Source: Pseudonocardiaceae bacterium
GTDB taxonomy: Bacteria; Actinomycetota; Actinomycetes; Mycobacteriales; Pseudonocardiaceae
DNA: 64,000 nucleotides
Direction: 5' to 3'
Assembly (NCBI GenBank): GCA_036266995.1
Contig: DATAWX010000169.1
Span: forward strand, 11,007 to 75,006
Position numbers and translations under genes: made by a program. Of this stretch, positions 54,294-63,891 are shown piece after piece; positions within the stretch are counted from its first letter, which is position 1, and each line of letters starts with the position of its first letter. The notes under the pieces were generated by a model that worked only from the letters and a program-made list of their open reading frames with translations, was not told the origin of the DNA and did not search any database.

Positions 54294-55625
54294 TTGGGAT
54301 TGTCAAGAGGTGCGGCTATGCGCGAGACACTCCGGGGACAGCCGCCGGTACCGTCCAAAATCGTGACTTCCAGACGTGCGCGGTTCGGTAACAGGTCGTC
54401 GGCCGTCCTGAGTTGTGTGCTCGCCGCTGCTTGTGCCGCCGGCTCGAGCACGACGAGTACCTCCGTTGAGCCTCGGCAGGCGACCGGGCCCGGCAATAGC
54501 CGTCAGGTGGCCGAGAAGCCGCTGGTCACGCTTCCCTCCACGGCACCGGGGTCGGCGAGCTGGACGCCGTGGCCCGCGGCCCTGCACGACTCACGGCACA
54601 GCGGGGCATCAACTGAGACCGGCCCGAAGGCGGGCACCGTGCGCTGGCGCCGGAAGCTGGAGGGTGCTGTCACTGCGGGACCGGTGATCGGCCAGGACGG
54701 CACCATCTACGCGGCCTCCAACGGCGGCGTGCTGCACGCCCTTGACCCGGCGACCGGGACCGACCGGTGGACCTACGACTCGGGCCACACCAGCGGCAGC
54801 GACCTGTCCATCTCGCCGCTCGTCCTGCCCGATCGGACTGTGTTGTGGCCGACCCCGGTAGCGGAGCTCGTCGCGTTATCACCCACCGGTATTCCACTGT
54901 GGTCGCAGCCGCTGCCCGGCCAGCCGACCTCTCCCGCCAGCGCCGATGGGCACCGGGTCTACGTCGGAGACACATCCGGTGCGGTGAGCGCGCTGGACAT
55001 CCTGGACGCCGGCGGTCACCGTCTGGTGTGGACTGTCAACATCGGCTCGGTTTCCTACGGATCAGTCGTCACCGACGGGACGGGGCGCCTCTACACCACC
55101 GTAGACACCGCCCTGGTCGCGATCGACGACCGTGGGGCTACCGGAACCGTGGCGTGGCGCGCTGATCCGCACGACGACATCACCGAGGTCTCGGCGGGAC
55201 TTGCCGCCGACGGTACCGCGCTGCTAGGGACCAATGGCGGCCGTGAATGGGCCTACCACCGGGACGGCAGGCCCGCATGGAATGCCCCGCGAATCATCAC
55301 GTACTCCTCGCCCGCGGTCACCGTGAGCGGGCTGGCCTACGTGGGCGATCACGCCGGTCGAGTGCATGTCTTCGACGTCGGCAACGGCTCTGAGGCCGCC
55401 ACGTACCGGGTGGGGCCGGGCCAGATCTGGAGCTCGACCGTGGTGGATCGGACCTATCGACTCTACTTCGCCGGCCAGGACGGCCATGCCTTCGGTGTCG
55501 ACTCAGGCGGCACGCTACTGTTCGATCTCGACCTGGGTGCTCCGATCGATTCCTACCCCGCCTTGTCTGCAGACGGGGCGCTGATCATCGGCGCCCGCAA
55601 CGGCATCTTGACCTCTGTCGGGTGA
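54294..55625 (+). CDS. PQQ-like (BamB-type) beta-propeller repeat protein, probably a lipoprotein
   Basis: 'VLSCVLAAACAAGSS' lipobox-like. Repeated 'G.V.AL....G...W....' blades, e.g. 'DGTIYAASNGGVLHALDPATGTDRWTY' and 'HRVYVGDTSGAVSALD'. Confidence 0.75.
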   Translation: MGLSRGAAMRETLRGQPPVPSKIVTSRRARFGNRSSAVLSCVLAAACAAGSSTTSTSVEPRQATGPGNSRQVAEKPLVTLPSTAPGSASWTPWPAALHDSRHSGASTETGPKAGTVRWRRKLEGAVTAGPVIGQDGTIYAASNGGVLHALDPATGTDRWTYDSGHTSGSDLSISPLVLPDRTVLWPTPVAELVALSPTGIPLWSQPLPGQPTSPASADGHRVYVGDTSGAVSALDILDAGGHRLVWTVNIGSVSYGSVVTDGTGRLYTTVDTALVAIDDRGATGTVAWRADPHDDITEVSAGLAADGTALLGTNGGREWAYHRDGRPAWNAPRIITYSSPAVTVSGLAYVGDHAGRVHVFDVGNGSEAATYRVGPGQIWSSTVVDRTYRLYFAGQDGHAFGVDSGGTLLFDLDLGAPIDSYPALSADGALIIGARNGILTSVG

Positions 55626-55671
55626 CGCTGATCGACTGAGCGGCACGGCTTTGTGCCCTTGTCGTGCAGGG

Positions 55672-56438
55672 TTATTTCAGGGTGACTACCTTGCGCATAC
55701 CCATCAAAGCGTGCGGTATGCCGGACTGGTCGTCCGCAACGAAACACAGCAGGACATACGTGCCAGCCGGCAGGTTGTACGTGATGTCGGCGTGCTTGCC
55801 GGGCGACAGCACCCCCATCTCGATCTGCGGACCAGGCTGTGCGAAGGGCGGGGCACTCTGTGTGCCGGAGTCGAAGAAATCCTGGATGTCCTTGTCCTCG
55901 TGCCCGGCTTGACCGGTGATTCTTCCATGAAGTCGATTGTGTCGGACACGTTGCGGGCGGTGATCTTGCCTGCCGCGGGCAGGAGTGGCTCGGGAGGCCG
56001 CGCAGGGGGAAGAGATGGTGGATCGGGAACGCGCCGATACCGGAGATCGGGCCGATCAGCGGGAAGGGAAGGTGGATCGGGAGCGGGCTGATACCCGGGA
56101 ACGGGAATATGGGGCCACCCTGGCTACCGCCTGGCCCGCTGACCTGCAACGTGGTCAGTGTCGGCTTCGCTCCGGGGGCCACCGAGTTGGCGTCGAACAG
56201 GTAGTACGTGCCGGCCGAGAGCTGCTCAATGACGGTCACCGGCGTGCCCTTGACCACCCCGGCAAGCCCGAAGATGCGGGCGTCCTGGACGAGTTCTCGG
56301 GTGCTCTTCGCCGCGGTAGGCGTGTACCACGACCGTTGAGTCCAACGGCGTCGCGGCGGCCGAACCGTGCCGGCCCACCAACCCCACCGTGATCAATGCG
56401 GCGGCCACCAACGTGGGTAACACCTTGGCTCTCCACAT
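55672..56438 (-). pseudogene. Secreted cupredoxin-like protein gene readable only through at least three frame changes
   Basis: ATG 56438 after 'ggagg' gives signal 'MWRAKVLPTLVAAALITVGLVG'. Next frame: 'AKSTRELVQDARIFGLAGVVKGTPVTVIEQLSAGTYYLFDANSVAPGAKPTLTTLQVSG'. Next: Pro-rich linker '...PDPPSLPPARPPEPLLPAAGKITARNVSDTIDFMEE'. Last frame: 'ITGQAGHEDKDIQDFFDSG...HADITYNLPAGTYVLLCFVADDQSGIPHALMGMRKVVTLK*' with a Cys...His....Met type-1-copper-like pattern. Confidence 0.45.
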
Positions 56439-56739
56439 GACAACCTCCGGTTGAGTATCGGGCAGCCTGGTCGTGCGCCGCGCACGTAGTGGCGCACCGG
56501 GCGAATAAAGCGTCAGCATGTTGTCACAGAGGCCCGTGAGGCTGTTACAGAAAAGTCGCTAATGTCGGCAGCCTGAAAAGCATCGATCCCGACGTGAACA
56601 AGAGGTTTCCGGTGGGCTTTTAAGTGAACAACGGGTTGCGGCCTTCATTGAATCTATAGGTGTTCAATGAGAAGTTTGGTTGCCCGCCACAGGTCGTCGG
56701 CGGGTTGATCACGATGTGACCCGCCAAAGATCGCCGACC

Positions 56740-57060
56740 ACTGGTCGGAACGTGGGTTACCGTGAGGCCGAACAGTGTTGTTGCAGTACGCGCCGGGCGC
56801 CCGTCCGTAGTGACCAGCGGCATCGCAGGCTTCTCGCAAGGGCGGCGTAGAGCGCGTCGTAGCCGGACATCGCTGTGTGCGCGATTTTGGGAGCCCTGGT
56901 CGGTGAACGGTGGTCGGGCCCGACCGGAAAGAAACTTCCCGGTCGGGCCCGACGTGTTCCCAACTGCGTGCCTAGACTCCCACCACGAAGCAGGGCACAG
57001 ATTAAGTGTAGACGCGTGCGATACGTGGTCACGCGGGATACCCGCTGCCCCACCCAAGCA
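56740..57060 (-). pseudogene. PIN-domain (VapC-like) toxin remnant
   Basis: 'MSGYDALYAALARSL' in one frame and 'PLVTTDGRPARTATTLFGLTVTHVP' in another resemble the conserved VapC C-terminus ('YDA.Y.ALAE....PLVT.D..LA'). The N-terminal part is not reconstructible. Confidence 0.3.
56912..56953. repeat. Two copies of the self-complementary 12-mer 'gtcgggcccgac' 17 nt apart
   Basis: 'ggtcgggcccgacc' at 56912-56925 and 'ggtcgggcccgac' at 56941-56953. The spacer 'ggaaagaaacttccc' is itself nearly palindromic. Confidence 0.6.
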
Positions 57061-57191
57061 GCGGAACCGTGGGGTGCTGGTGAGCAGTTCTTGACGCTGG
57101 CGTTACCGCGTGTCACATGACAGTAATAATGATCTTGTTCGATTACTTCATCGGGGCGGCGACCACGGTGCAGACTCTGGGGAGCGCGGAC

Positions 57192-57554
57192 ATGACCATC
57201 TTCGATTCCATCGGCGGCGCGCCTTCGGTGAGCGTCGCGGTCGACAAGTTCTACGGGCAGGTGTTGAGCGACCCCCAACTGGCACCGTATTTCGCTGGAG
57301 TAGATCTAGACAGGCTGAAGTCGCACCAGCGCTCGTTCATCGCCGCCGCGATCGGTGGACCGGATATTTACCGGGGCCGCGACATGGCTGTGGCGCACGC
57401 CAACCTCGGCATCACAGATCCGGACTTCGACGCAGTCGTCGGGCACCTCGTGGAGACCCTCACTGAGCTCGGGGTCCCCAACGAGATCATCGCCGAGATC
57501 GGCGGTGCCCTTGCTCCGCTACGGTCGGACATTGTCGGTGTGCCGGCAGTGTGA
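57192..57554 (+). CDS. glbN: Group I truncated haemoglobin (trHbN)
   Basis: 'MTIFDSIGGAPSVSVAVDKFYGQVLSDPQLAPYFAGVDLDRLKSHQRSFIAAAIGGPDIYRGRDMAVAHANLGI'. Classic trHb pattern, with the start chosen at ATG 57192 rather than 57117. Confidence 0.85.
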   Translation: MTIFDSIGGAPSVSVAVDKFYGQVLSDPQLAPYFAGVDLDRLKSHQRSFIAAAIGGPDIYRGRDMAVAHANLGITDPDFDAVVGHLVETLTELGVPNEIIAEIGGALAPLRSDIVGVPAV

Positions 57555-57614
57555 TCCCACCGCCGGTGCGGGGAACGGGCTCCACCACGCTGTGTCTTCG
57601 CCACTGAGATGGGC

Positions 57615-58300
57615 TCAGCCGCTCACTACGCTGGATGCCGTTTCGAGGTAGCGGACCACCTTCTCGGCGCCGATGATCGGCCGCAGCGCAGCCCGCTTGA
57701 CGCCGCCGCCGTCGCTCACAAGGACGACCTCAGGGGCGAGCACGTCAAGGAGGCCTGCAGGTCCCTGGTTTCGAGCGCGCGCTGGAACGACTCCAGAGCA
57801 GCCCGGGCCTCGCTCGGGGAGACCACCTCGCGAGGGCGGCGGGCATTGACGTGCTGGCGGGCGCGGTGCGCGATCTGGCGGACGGCCGCGGGGCTCTTGT
57901 GGACGGCGGCCGCGATCTCGTCGTAGCTGACATCGAAGGCCTCGCGCAGCACGAAGACGGCGCGCTCGGTCGGCGAGTGCGTCTCGAGGACGAGCATTAT
58001 CGCCATCGACACACTCTCGGCGAGCTCGACGTCCTCGGCCACGTCCGGCGCGGTGAGCAGCGGCTCGGGCCACCAGGGGCCGAAACTTCGACCCTCTCTG
58101 TTCGTGGCCGACCCAGGTTGTCGAAGGCCTTCGAGCGTGCATCCACAGCAAGGTCCTTCGGATTACTCGCGCCGGCACGACACCCCCCCGCCAGCGGCAC
58201 ATCTTCGTCAGCCGGTGAAAGGCTCAAGGCCGAAGCGCCCCACGCGATGGCATGAAGACACCGGGCGGAGCACCATTGGGACACCCTCAGTAGTTGGTAG
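57615..58300 (-). pseudogene. ECF sigma factor (SigJ-like, with SnoaL-type C-terminal domain) broken into several frames and truncated
   Basis: Region-2 remnant '...NPKDLAVDARSKAFDNLGRPRTERVEVSAP'. Region 4 'WWPEPLL | AEDVELAESVSMAIMLVLETHSPTERAVFVLREAFDVSYDEIAAAVHKSPAAVRQIAHRARQHV'. C-terminal piece 'LLDVLAPEVVLVSDGGGVKRAALRPIIGAEKVVRYL' is in a third frame and ends early. Confidence 0.45.
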
Positions 58301-58330
58301 CGGTTCGATCTGGGATCGCCGATGCGTCGC

Positions 58331-59527
58331 CTAGGCTGCCCGTTCAGCGGAGGCCAGTGCCTCGCCGCGCTTGGCCCGCAGCAGCTGCTGGCGCTTGTCA
58401 TCCTTGGCCCAGGTGTGCGAACCGGGCTTGCGTGCCTCGTCCGCCAGCTGCTTGACGGTGTGCTGGCAAACGAACTCCTTGAGCTTCGCGCCAGGGCGGC
58501 CGCCGAGGTAGAACCTTGTCGCGGTGTCGTTCTTGTGGGCGAACTGGAAGATGCCGGCGCGACGACCCAGGCTGATGCACTGGCCGGCGAACCCCTGGTT
58601 GAGGGGCGCGGGTTGCTCACCCGCGATCCGGCTGAGCACCGTGTCGGCGGCCTGCGCGCCCAGCGGACCCGCGGCCTGGCAGCTCATCCGCAGCGGCAGA
58701 TCCGACGGCGCCGCCGAATCCCCGGCCGCGACGATGCGCACGTCGTCCACGCTCGTCAACGTCTCGTCCGTGAGCAGGCGGCCCAAGGCGTCGGTGCTCA
58801 GCCCGCTGCGGCCGGCCAGGTCCGGCACGCCGAATCCGGCGGTCCAGATGGTCACCTTGCTCGTCAGCTTGCGGCCGCCACTGAGCTGCACGACATCGCG
58901 AGTCACAGCCGTCACCGTCGCGTCGGGGCCCTCGAGCACGGTCACACCGAGTTTGGCCAGCCGCTTGGCAACCGAGCGTCGACCCCGAGGGTGCAGGTAC
59001 GGGCCGAGCACCTCGCCGCAGACCAGGGTCACGGTGCGGCCCTCCTCCGCCAGCTCGGCGGCGGTCTCGATGCCGGTCGGACCGGCTCCGGCAACCGTCA
59101 CTGCGGCCGTTGCAGGCGCGGCGTCGACGACCGACCGCAGCCGCTGCGCCTCCTCCAGGCTGGCAATCGGGTAGGCGAACTCGGCCGCTCCGGGCACGCG
59201 CGGATCGGCGCTGGCACTGCCCACTGCGTAAATCAGATAGTCGTAGCCAACCGTGCCGCCGGTCGCCAACGTCACGCTGCGTTCGGCCGCGTCAATCCGC
59301 GTCACGATGTCGACCACCAGCCGGATGCCCTCGCCCAGGACTTCTCTGTAGTCGACGACCGCGTCGTGGGACCCGCCCACCAGTTGGTGCAGGCGGATCC
59401 GCTCGACGAAGGTCGGGCGCGGGTTGATCAGAGTCACTGTCACGTCGTCGCGCTGCGTCAGGCGATTGGCCGCCATGACGCCGGCGTATCCGCCGCCGAT
59501 CACGACCACATCGGTGTTCTCAGGCAT
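58331..59527 (-). CDS. NAD(P)/FAD-dependent oxidoreductase, type II NADH dehydrogenase (NDH-2)-like
   Basis: 'DVVVIGGGYAGVMAANRL' and second Rossmann motif 'VTVAGAGPTGIETAAELA'. 'VRIVAAGDSA' near the C-terminal third. Confidence 0.8.
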   Translation of the reverse strand: MPENTDVVVIGGGYAGVMAANRLTQRDDVTVTLINPRPTFVERIRLHQLVGGSHDAVVDYREVLGEGIRLVVDIVTRIDAAERSVTLATGGTVGYDYLIYAVGSASADPRVPGAAEFAYPIASLEEAQRLRSVVDAAPATAAVTVAGAGPTGIETAAELAEEGRTVTLVCGEVLGPYLHPRGRRSVAKRLAKLGVTVLEGPDATVTAVTRDVVQLSGGRKLTSKVTIWTAGFGVPDLAGRSGLSTDALGRLLTDETLTSVDDVRIVAAGDSAAPSDLPLRMSCQAAGPLGAQAADTVLSRIAGEQPAPLNQGFAGQCISLGRRAGIFQFAHKNDTATRFYLGGRPGAKLKEFVCQHTVKQLADEARKPGSHTWAKDDKRQQLLRAKRGEALASAERAA

Positions 59528-59759
59528 GGTGTCTCCTTCGTTTCTAGGGGTTCGGCCTCAAGACACCGCGTGCATCGATCGTTGTGACAGCGCGTGAGGC
59601 AGATCACTCCACAGGCGTGGGCTCGGCATGCGGAGTCCTCACGGTCGGAGCTGATGCTCCGGGGACGAAGATCATCGGGCTACGATCACTCCACGTCGCG
59701 GCCGTACGAGGCGTGCCACGCACGGGATAGGTGCGCGCCGCCGGATCGACTACAGCTAC

Positions 59760-61514
59760 ATGGTCAGCGAACGCAACAGTGCCGAGAGGGACGCCATGTA
59801 TCCCGAACCGTACGAGCTCATCCCGTCACCAGGCGGGATGGTTGCCCGAATTCACGCCCGGGGCACCGCCGTATTGGCTATCCCCACGATCAACCGGGGC
59901 ACCGCATTCACGATCGAGGAGCGGAAGGCGCTGGGGCTGATCGGTCTGTTGCCTACGCGGGTCACCACGCTGGATGGGCAGCTGCTGCGTGTCTATGCTC
60001 AGTTTCAGCGGCAGGTCAACGATCTCCGCCGCTGGGTGTATCTGGCCAATCTGCGGGACCGCAACGAGGTGCTGTTCTACCGGCTTCTCTCCGATCACAT
60101 CGAGGAGATGCTGCCGATCGTCTACACCCCGACCGTCGGTCTGGCGATCGAGCGGTTCAGCCACGAGTTCCGCCGACCCCGCGGGGTGTACCTGTCCGTG
60201 GATTACCCGGCGGACACCGACACCGCCTTTGGCAACACCCGGCTCGGAGCCGACGACGTCGATCTCATTGTGGCCACCGACTCCGAGGGCATCCTGGGAA
60301 TCGGCGACCAAGGCGTGGGCGGCATTGAGATCGCCATCGGCAAACTCGCCGTCTACACCGCAGCGGCAGGCATCCACCCGCATCGGGTGCTCCCGGTCGT
60401 GCTGGATACGGGCACCGACAACTTGGCGCTGCTCAACGACGAGATGTACCTGGGTGCCCGGCACGCCAGGGTCCGTGACCAACGCTATGACGACCTGATC
60501 GACGCCTATGTCACCACGGCCACCAGGCTGTACCCACACGCGATGCTGCATTGGGAGGACTTCGGCGCCGGCAACGCGCGCCGCATCCTGAACAAGTACG
60601 CCGACCAGGTCTGCACCTTCAACGACGACATGCAGGGGACCGCCGCCGTGGTGCTCGCGGCCGCCTTCTCCGCTGTCCGTGCGGCCGGGACGAGGATGCG
60701 GGACCAGCGCGTGGTGATTCACGGTGCCGGCACTGCCGGGCTCGGGATCGCCGACATGATGCGGGATGTCATGATCGGTGAGGGTCTGTCCCGAGCTGAG
60801 GCCACCCAGCGCCTTTACCCGCTCGGCAGCAGGGGCCTGCTCGTCGACGACTCGCCGAAGCTGCGCGACTTCCAGCTGCCCTACGCGCGGCCTGCCGCCG
60901 AGGTCGCAGGATGGTCGGGCAGCGGGGACGGCGCCATCAGCCTCGCCGACGTGGTCTCGCACGTGCGGCCTACCATGCTCATCGGCACCTCTACCCAGGC
61001 CGGGGCCTTCACCGAGGGCATCGTCAGGCAGATGGCTGGATACACTGAGCGGCCGATCATCATGCCGCTGTCCAACCCGACCTCCAAGTGTGAGGCACTC
61101 CCCGAGGATCTCCTCCGCTGGACCGACGGCCGCGCGCTGATCGCCACAGGCAGCCCCTTCCCGCCGGTCACCCTCGGTGAAACCACCTACCGCATCGCGC
61201 AGGCCAACAACGCGCTCATCTTCCCCGGCCTGGGCCTCGGAGTGATCGTCGCCAAGGCACGCCGGATCACCGATCCCATGATCGCGGCTGCGGCAAACGC
61301 CGTCGCTCACCTCTCCGACGCCACCAGACCGGGCGCGCCGCTGCTGCCCGCGATCGATGACCTGCGCGCCGTCTCCGCTGCGGTCGGGATCGCCGTCGCC
61401 GTCGCGGCAGACCGGGAAGGCCTCGCGCGGATCCCGGTGGACAACCCGATCCAGCAGGTGCACGAGGCCATGTGGCGGCCCGAGTACCCGCGGCTGGAGC
61501 TCGAGCCGGGTTGA
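59760..61514 (+). CDS. NAD-dependent malic enzyme (oxaloacetate-decarboxylating malate dehydrogenase)
   Basis: 'NRGTAFT.EER..LGL.GLLP', 'VYTPTVG', 'ATDSEGILGIGDQGVGG..IAIGKL..YTA.AGI', 'FNDDMQGTAAV', 'GAGTAGLGIA', 'SNPTSK.E', 'NNALIFPG'. ATG 59796 is an alternative start. Confidence 0.9.
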   Translation: MVSERNSAERDAMYPEPYELIPSPGGMVARIHARGTAVLAIPTINRGTAFTIEERKALGLIGLLPTRVTTLDGQLLRVYAQFQRQVNDLRRWVYLANLRDRNEVLFYRLLSDHIEEMLPIVYTPTVGLAIERFSHEFRRPRGVYLSVDYPADTDTAFGNTRLGADDVDLIVATDSEGILGIGDQGVGGIEIAIGKLAVYTAAAGIHPHRVLPVVLDTGTDNLALLNDEMYLGARHARVRDQRYDDLIDAYVTTATRLYPHAMLHWEDFGAGNARRILNKYADQVCTFNDDMQGTAAVVLAAAFSAVRAAGTRMRDQRVVIHGAGTAGLGIADMMRDVMIGEGLSRAEATQRLYPLGSRGLLVDDSPKLRDFQLPYARPAAEVAGWSGSGDGAISLADVVSHVRPTMLIGTSTQAGAFTEGIVRQMAGYTERPIIMPLSNPTSKCEALPEDLLRWTDGRALIATGSPFPPVTLGETTYRIAQANNALIFPGLGLGVIVAKARRITDPMIAAAANAVAHLSDATRPGAPLLPAIDDLRAVSAAVGIAVAVAADREGLARIPVDNPIQQVHEAMWRPEYPRLELEPG

Positions 61515-61551
61515 TGACCAACGAATCCTGACCGACGATCGCAGAGGCACG

Positions 61552-62291
61552 ATGACTAGCTTGTTGTTCAACAGCGTGGCAGGCAGCTACGCCACCACAA
61601 GACCGTCCTACCCGCCGGCCCTGTACGCCGCGGTTGCCGCCGCGGTCGGCAAGCCCTACAAGGACCTCACAGTCCTCGACGTGGGGGCGGGCACCGGGAT
61701 CGCCACCGAGGCGATGGTCGCGCGCGGAGCAACCGTCATCGCGGTCGATCCGGCTCGGGAGATGCTGGCGCAACTGGACGAACGGTCCCCGGTGTGGGGA
61801 CCATCTGCGGGGACGGCAACGCCCTGCCGGTCGATGACGCGGTCGCCGACCTCGTCACCTACGCGCAGGCACTGCACTGGACCGTACCCGAACAGTCCGT
61901 GCCGGAGGCCATGCGTGTGCTGAGGCCGAACGGAGTACTCGCGGCGTGGTGGAACGTGCCCGACTTCGGGGTCGAGTGGGTGGCCGCTCAGGCGCAGCAG
62001 CTGCGCAGAGCCGCGCCGAACTATCACGGCTTCGTCGGTACCGACATCGGCGGGCGCCTGGCCGAACCACGGTTCAACCTCAACACCGAGCACCACACCT
62101 TTTCCTGGAGCCGCGAGGTCACCATCGACCAGCACGTGACCATGTTGGGCACCCAGTCCTACCTGGCCGCCCTTGACCCCGGCCCTCGCGCGGCGTTCCT
62201 CCAGGCCGAATCGGAATATCTCACCCAGGTCTTTCCCGACCGCGTGGTCAATGAGCGCTACGCGACCAGGCTGACCATCGCTCGCCGGTGA
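61552..62291 (+). pseudogene. Class I SAM-dependent methyltransferase with a frameshift near 61790
   Basis: 'YATTRPSYPPALY...VLDVGAGTGIATEAMVARGATVIAVDPAREMLAQL' in the 61552 frame. 'ICGDGNALPVDDAVADLVTYAQALHW...MRVLRPNGVLAAWWN' is in the 61794 frame. The junction is at 'tccccggtgtgggga'. Confidence 0.6.
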
Positions 62292-62725
62292 GCCGGTGAT
62301 CTGCTGCGGTCGCAGCTTGCTGACAGAGGCTTTCCCAGCCCTTCGCCGCGGTGGTGTTGCCGAAGCGAACCTCCCACTCATCAGCGCCGGCGGGGGAGCG
62401 ACCCTGCCGCCGGGTTTGGCGCTCATGCGGTGGGTTCGGGAACAGGTCCGAGGTCGCCCTCGAGTAGATGGATCCGCGCAACGAGATCACGGTCGGAGTG
62501 AAGCTCGGCCGTGTGTTGCCATGCGGCGCCCCTTGCGGCAGTAGCGACGAGCTGTGCTGCTCGGAGGTGGTCCCTACGCCAGGCTCTGGCACTACCAGTC
62601 AGGCGGATTCCTTGACGAGGACGGTGGCACGTCGCCGTCCGACGAGACGAACCGCAAGACCAACGTGTCGAGCGTGCTCTGAGGCCGGACAGAGGTCACG
62701 CGGGCACGATCTACGGGCTGGAGCA

Positions 62726-63058
62726 CTAAAGCGGATGCCGACGTTCCAACTCGTCCTCCTCTTCTTCGGTCATTCCCCGCACCAGGGTTTCATCATCTCC
62801 GGTCCGGAAACGTTCGGCGCTGAACAACATCACGTAACCACAGATGCCGCACTCAACTCGGACAAGGTACTCGACGATCACCTCGGCATCATCAAGATTG
62901 CTGATATTGGGAGGAAAATTGCCCATTAGCGCCAAGAATGGGAAACGATGTACGATGAGATGTTCGGATTCGCAGACCGCACAATTCATCAATCCGAGTT
63001 GAGCAAGCTTCTCTCTGACCTCTACCAAGAAGGTCTTGCGCCACCGCAAGTCAGTCAC
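62726..63058 (-). CDS. Hypothetical 110-aa protein with two CxxC pairs (zinc-ribbon-like) and an acidic tail; lower GC than the surroundings
   Basis: 'LMNCAVCESEHLIV...VRVECGICGYVMLFSAERF...GMTEEEEDELERRHPL'. GTG start 63058. No family recognised. Confidence 0.4.
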   Translation of the reverse strand: MTDLRWRKTFLVEVREKLAQLGLMNCAVCESEHLIVHRFPFLALMGNFPPNISNLDDAEVIVEYLVRVECGICGYVMLFSAERFRTGDDETLVRGMTEEEEDELERRHPL

Positions 63059-63432
63059 GCCCAGAGTAGTAGGCCGTCCGGTCTGGGTAGGGTCGCCCTG
63101 TAGAGTACGCCTCCACCTGTTCGATATAGAGATCCACGTAATTCATGTACGGCTCAACCTTGTCGCTCAACGTTCCTCCTGCTGCTCGCGAGGACGGGAC
63201 CAGTGCGACATCCTGCCAGATGCGCCCCCACCGCTCCAGCGTGAGACGCGGCGACCAGCAGCCGCAGGAGGCGGTCGTGGAGCTTGGTGTAGGCGATCGC
63301 GACTCGTTGCCCGTCAGAGGTCAGGACGTAGCCCGCCTCGGGGCCGCTTGTTCAACCGAGATCATTCTCCAAGTAACGCGAGAATGTGTGCAGTCTAAAT
63401 TTCCGACCCTGCGCGGATGGCTCTGCGGACGA

Positions 63433-63753
63433 TCAGGGATGCTGGCCGATGTCGAGCACGGTGGTCACCGCAACGGTTTGATTGTTGTGGATTTCATCCA
63501 GCCCATACATCCACCAGATCCGCTACGCCCGGGGAGTGCGATTTTCCACGTGGGAGTCCCACACTTTCGCTTTCTGGGCGACGGGGAAATTTTCGTACTG
63601 ACGGGAGTGTAACCCGGGGTAAGAGGAGCTTATTTGCACCAATCCCAGGGCTCGGCGCACCTTACGCAGTTTGGCCGCGTACTGGGGACTGTCACCAGGT
63701 GCATCCAGCGTTTCCCGGGCCGGGGTGGCGAAACGTAGCTGATAAGAGCCCAC
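63433..63753 (-). pseudogene. RelE/ParE-superfamily toxin with an in-frame TAG replacing a conserved Trp
   Basis: GTG 63753, 4 nt after an upstream TAG. 'GSYQLRFATPARETLDA...SSSYPGLHSRQYENFPVAQKAKVWDSHVENRTPRA' TAG(63525-63523) 'RIWWMYGLDEIHNNQTVAVTTVLDIGQHP*'. The family consensus recalled from memory is '...TPGAWRI.W'. Confidence 0.55.
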
Positions 63754-63891
63754 CCGGCTACTCCTCGTCGACGTCGGTGGCATAACCACTGAAGTCGCCT
63801 AGATCGACGGTGTGCCCAGCTTGCCGGCCGGCCAGTGACACACATGGAGACGGGCCCTCGGACGTTGTGAGACGCAAGGCGCCCGATTCGA

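Noticed and set aside
62248-62592. 114-aa minus-strand ORF containing 'WEVRFGNTTAAKGWESLCQQA'.
   Set aside because: Only this short segment resembles a known actinobacterial small-protein family (from memory). The ORF overlaps the methyltransferase 3' end and its N-terminal two thirds look non-coding. It is mentioned under the TA-patch finding but not annotated.
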